In this document: positions 60,753-64,000 of the stretch, piece by piece | Layout of the letters: each line of letters begins with the position of its first letter | Position numbering within the stretch: the first letter of the stretch is position 1 | Assembly (NCBI GenBank): GCA_963815455.1 | Contig: CAWFGO010000003.1 | Span: forward strand, 733,782 to 797,781 | Direction of reading: 5' to 3' | Source of the DNA: an uncultured Verrucomicrobiae bacterium | GTDB taxonomy: Bacteria > Verrucomicrobiota > Verrucomicrobiia > Chthoniobacterales > UBA10450 | Length of the DNA stretch: 64,000 nt | Translations under genes and position numbers: made by a program | Notes under the pieces: generated by a model | Seen by the model: the letters and a program-made list of their open reading frames with translations, nothing else | Told to the model about the DNA's origin: nothing | Databases searched by the model: none

Positions 60753-61606
60753 AATGGGAAGAAGACGATGTAAACAATGTTATAGAGCGTATCGAAACCG
60801 ATCACCGTGGTGATGGCGGTAACCACGCTCGATGTAGTCGCCGTGCCGACACCGGCGGCACCGCCTTTCACGGTTAGCCCCCGGTAACACGCAATTCCAG
60901 CGATCAAGAAACCGAAAATGAAGCTCTTGAGGATGCCGGTGATGATATCGCGAATGAGCAATGCATCGGTCACCAGATCGATAAAATAAGGGAAAGCCAT
61001 GCTAAAGTAAGCCCGACAAACCAGACTGCTGCCGGCAATCGCGGCCACGTTCGCCACCGTGGAAAGACACGGCATCAGGAGAAACAGCGCCAGCATACGA
61101 GGCGCAACCAAAAATCGCAGCGGACCGATTCCCATTGCTTCGATCGCTTCCACTTCCTCGGATACCTGCATTGTGCCCAGCTCGGCCGTGAAAGCCGCGC
61201 CGATCCGGGCCGCCAGCATGATTCCCGTGATCAATGGGCCGAGCTCGCGGGTAAACGCGATTGAAACCAGGCCAGGAACCAGCCGCTCCGTGCCAAAACG
61301 CTGCAATTGATAGCCGGTGAGCAGGGCCATGGTCAGGCCGAGCAAAAATGAAACCAGGCCCACCAACGGGACCGACTCGACCCCGGCCCGTTCGGTATGC
61401 CGGAAAAAACTGGACGCGCGAAATGGGACGCGGCCGTTGCGAATACGCTCGAACGTTTCGGCAAGCGTCTGAATGACGAACCAAAAGATGCTCCCAACTT
61501 CTATGAAAAAGTTGTCGCCAAACCGGCCAAATTCGCGGACAAAAACAAGCGGATTCGCCGAGAGCGCGTTCTCGGATTCGGATTTGTCATTGTCGATGCC
61601 GGGCAT
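60749..61606 (-). CDS. mlaE: MlaE-type ABC permease
   Basis: RELGP, AELGTMQVSEEVEA and GGAAGVGTATT. Confidence 0.92.
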   Translation of the reverse strand: MPGIDNDKSESENALSANPLVFVREFGRFGDNFFIEVGSIFWFVIQTLAETFERIRNGRVPFRASSFFRHTERAGVESVPLVGLVSFLLGLTMALLTGYQLQRFGTERLVPGLVSIAFTRELGPLITGIMLAARIGAAFTAELGTMQVSEEVEAIEAMGIGPLRFLVAPRMLALFLLMPCLSTVANVAAIAGSSLVCRAYFSMAFPYFIDLVTDALLIRDIITGILKSFIFGFLIAGIACYRGLTVKGGAAGVGTATTSSVVTAITTVIGFDTLYNIVYIVFFPL

Positions 61607-61720
61607 GTTCAGGGGAAGGTGGCCCAGTAATCAGGCTGGAAAAGCAGAAAATTGAATGCTCGACGCTCCTTTCACGAAAGCTTTCGACACGGCCGACCGG
61701 GCAAGGTTAGATTCGCGTCC

Positions 61721-62780
61721 ATGAATTCCGCGATGGCGCTCGTGGCGATGGCAGCACTGGCGCTGGCCTCCCGCGCAGAAAGCGCCGGGGAAAAACCGGA
61801 GGCGCCGGAGAAAAACATGAAATTGGATAAGGCAAAATTCGGCATAGCCGTCCACGGCGGGGCGGGGACGATCGACCGCACCAAAATGACGCCCGAACGC
61901 GAGCGCGAATATCGAGCGGGGCTCGAGCGAGCGCTCACTGCCGGTTACGAAATTCTCAAGCGTGGCGGATCGAGCCTTGACGCAACCGAAGCCGCCGTCC
62001 GCGTTCTCGAAGACGATCCCCATTTCAACGCGCGCGCGGCTCGGTGTTTACGAATGCGGGGACGAATGAAATGGACGCGGCAATCATGGACGGAAGAGAT
62101 TAAAAGCCGGCGCGGTAGCGAATTGCGCCATATCAGAAACCCAATTAGTCTCGCCCGAATGCTCATGGACAAGGCGAAACATGCATCAAAGTCGCCGCAT
62201 GTCGGTCCGGTTATGATGGCTGCAGACGGCGCGGAAGCGTTCGCGAAAAAGAACGGGACGAGCTGGCCGACCAGAAATATTTCTACACTCAAGAACGCTG
62301 GGACGCATTGCAGAAAATAAAGGCCGCCGAAAAGAGCGGGCGGCGACAAGAAAAGAATTACCGACCAAGCTACATGGAACGGTGGGCGCGGTGGCGCTGG
62401 ATAAAGACGGGAATCTCGCGGCAGCCACTTCCACGGGAGGCACCACTAACAAAAGAGCCGGCCGCATCGGCGATTCCCCTGTCATTGGCGCGGGGACTTA
62501 TGCCAATAATGAAACGTGCGCCGTTTCCGCGACGGGTGATGGAGAATATTTTATTCGCGCAACGGTCGCGCGCGACATCGCGGCCTTGATGGAATATCGC
62601 GGAATGAAATTGCAGGATGCGGCCCAGACCGTCCTCGATAAGGTCGCGAAGCTGGGGGGTAAAGGCGGAGTCATTGCCGTCGACAAAGCCGGGAACATCG
62701 CGCTGCCATTCAACACGTCCGGAATGTACCGCGGCCACGTCGATTCGAGCGGCGAGTTTGTTGTGGCGATTTATCGCTGA
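61721..62780 (+). CDS. iaaA: Isoaspartyl peptidase/L-asparaginase; several frameshifts
   Basis: [17 protein letters not shown], (HGT)VGAVALD, ATSTGG and GRIGDSP. Confidence 0.9.
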
Positions 62781-62863
62781 GCTGGCGAGCCTATTGCCGT
62801 TGTAGCGGTGCTGTGTCCGCCGAACTCACATAAGCAGGCGCTTGGCACAAGCGCCTCTACAAC

Positions 62864-63574
62864 ATGATGCTTCCCGCTTTTCGGTTGTTATTCCCTGCTT
62901 CAATGAAGCTGCGCGTATCGGTGAAACTGTACGCGCCACGCTCGATTACCTTCAACAAGCAGTCCCGAAAGCGAACTGATCGTCGTGAACGATGGCTCGA
63001 CCGATTCCACATCGGCGATTGCCAGGGAATGTTTGCGGGTGCAAAAATCGAAACGCATTTGTTGGAAAATTTTCCGAACCGCGGCAAGGGCGCGGCCGTG
63101 AGAAAAGGTTTGCTCGACGCGCGCAAGCCGATCGGCTTGTTTTTCGATGCCGATCTTTCCACGCCGCTTGAGGAAACGCAGAAACTGATCGAACCGATCG
63201 CGCGCGGCGACGTCGATGTCGCTTTTGGGTCGCGCGCCCTCGATCGAAGCTTGATCGGCCATCATCAGCCGTGGCGCCGGGAGCAGGCCGGCCGCATTTT
63301 TAATTTGCTGGTCCGCATCGCAACCGGTCTGCCGTTTTGGGACACGCAATGCGGGTTCAAAGCTTTCCGTCTCGACGTTTGCCGGCCCGTTCTGGAAACA
63401 GCGCGAATCGACGGTTTCGCTTTCGACGTCGAATTACTTTTCCTCGCGCAACGCGCCGGCCTGCGTCTGCGTGAGATCCCGGTCCGCTGGAACCACGCCG
63501 AAGGCAGCAAAGTCCATTTTCTCCGGGACAGCCTTCGCATGCTGAAAGAGATTGTTCGATTGCGGCTGCGCTAA
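62864..63574 (+). CDS. GT2 glycosyltransferase (dolichyl-phosphate glucosyltransferase-like); N-terminal frameshifts
   Basis: VVIPCFNE and VVNDGSTD in alternate frames; NRGKG, DADLS, DTQCGFK and FDVE. Confidence 0.88.
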   Translation: MMLPAFRLLFPASMKLRVSVKLYAPRSITFNKQSRKRTDRRERWLDRFHIGDCQGMFAGAKIETHLLENFPNRGKGAAVRKGLLDARKPIGLFFDADLSTPLEETQKLIEPIARGDVDVAFGSRALDRSLIGHHQPWRREQAGRIFNLLVRIATGLPFWDTQCGFKAFRLDVCRPVLETARIDGFAFDVELLFLAQRAGLRLREIPVRWNHAEGSKVHFLRDSLRMLKEIVRLRLR

Positions 63575-63582
63575 ACCAATCT

Positions 63583-63663
63583 GTCATTCCGAGCGGAGCG
63601 AAGAATCCCGCGATGTTACCCCAAGCTAATGTGACTGCATCCCTTGACTGCGCTCGGGATGAC
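63583..63663. repeat. Palindromic 'GTCAT...ATGAC' intergenic element
   Basis: GTCATTCCGAGCG...CGCTCGGGATGAC between convergent genes. Confidence 0.7.
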
Positions 63664-63673
63664 GGATTCGATC

Positions 63674-64000
63674 TCATCGCTTCCGGGGCGCCGTAATCAA
63701 CCCGACAAAAAATCCGGTGATCAAACCACAAACGTGCGCGGCGGTGCTGATTTGCGGGGTCGTTAGGTCAAACACGGTCTGGATTCCGATAATGAGCAGG
63801 ATATTCAGCAATCGTTCTTTCGCCCGCGGCGCGTGACGATGTCGAAGAAGAAAACCGGCCCAGGCGCCGACTATCCCCATCACGCAGCCCGATGCGCCGA
63901 CCACCTGAGCGGCACGAATGGCGCCGATCACGGTAAGTCCTACGACTCCCACGTTCGAGCCGATTCCGGAAATCAAATATGCAGCGGCGAACCGGAGGGA
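63674..64000 (-). CDS. Rhomboid family intramembrane protease, C-terminal part
   Basis: VGASG and AHVCGLITG; runs off the right edge. Confidence 0.88.
   Translation of the reverse strand, partial: SLRFAAAYLISGIGSNVGVVGLTVIGAIRAAQVVGASGCVMGIVGAWAGFLLRHRHAPRAKERLLNILLIIGIQTVFDLTTPQISTAAHVCGLITGFFVGLITAPRKR

Overview
A 64-kb, GC-rich bacterial chromosome segment. Gene content (H-X9-DG-like prepilin protein, paralogous secreted dockerin proteins) suggests Verrucomicrobiota, probably a Chthoniobacterales-like soil lineage; this is inference only. The backbone has housekeeping genes (hppA, tRNA-Gln, tadA, tyrS, purQ, purS, aroB, holA, rpmB, acpP, mscS, mlaEFD, iaaA). Three accessory blocks interrupt it. 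(1) An RHS/YD-repeat gene runs off the left edge. (2) A ~22-kb cluster (9.9-32 kb) holds six large modular secreted proteins, five ending in a shared 'SRKTHG' module plus dockerin. (3) A chromosomal integron (50.9-58.5 kb) has its intI upstream of and co-oriented with eight cassettes. Two observations stand out. Every attC contains an ATG in frame with the TAG of the GTTAG crossover core, giving short leader ORFs that end just before the next cassette gene. An IS1111-type IS110 element sits inside attC7, and its 3' non-coding region folds into a bridge/seek-RNA-like structure whose loop matches the attC target. Many single-base frameshifts, including in conserved genes, suggest long-read assembly errors, so pseudogene calls are unreliable.
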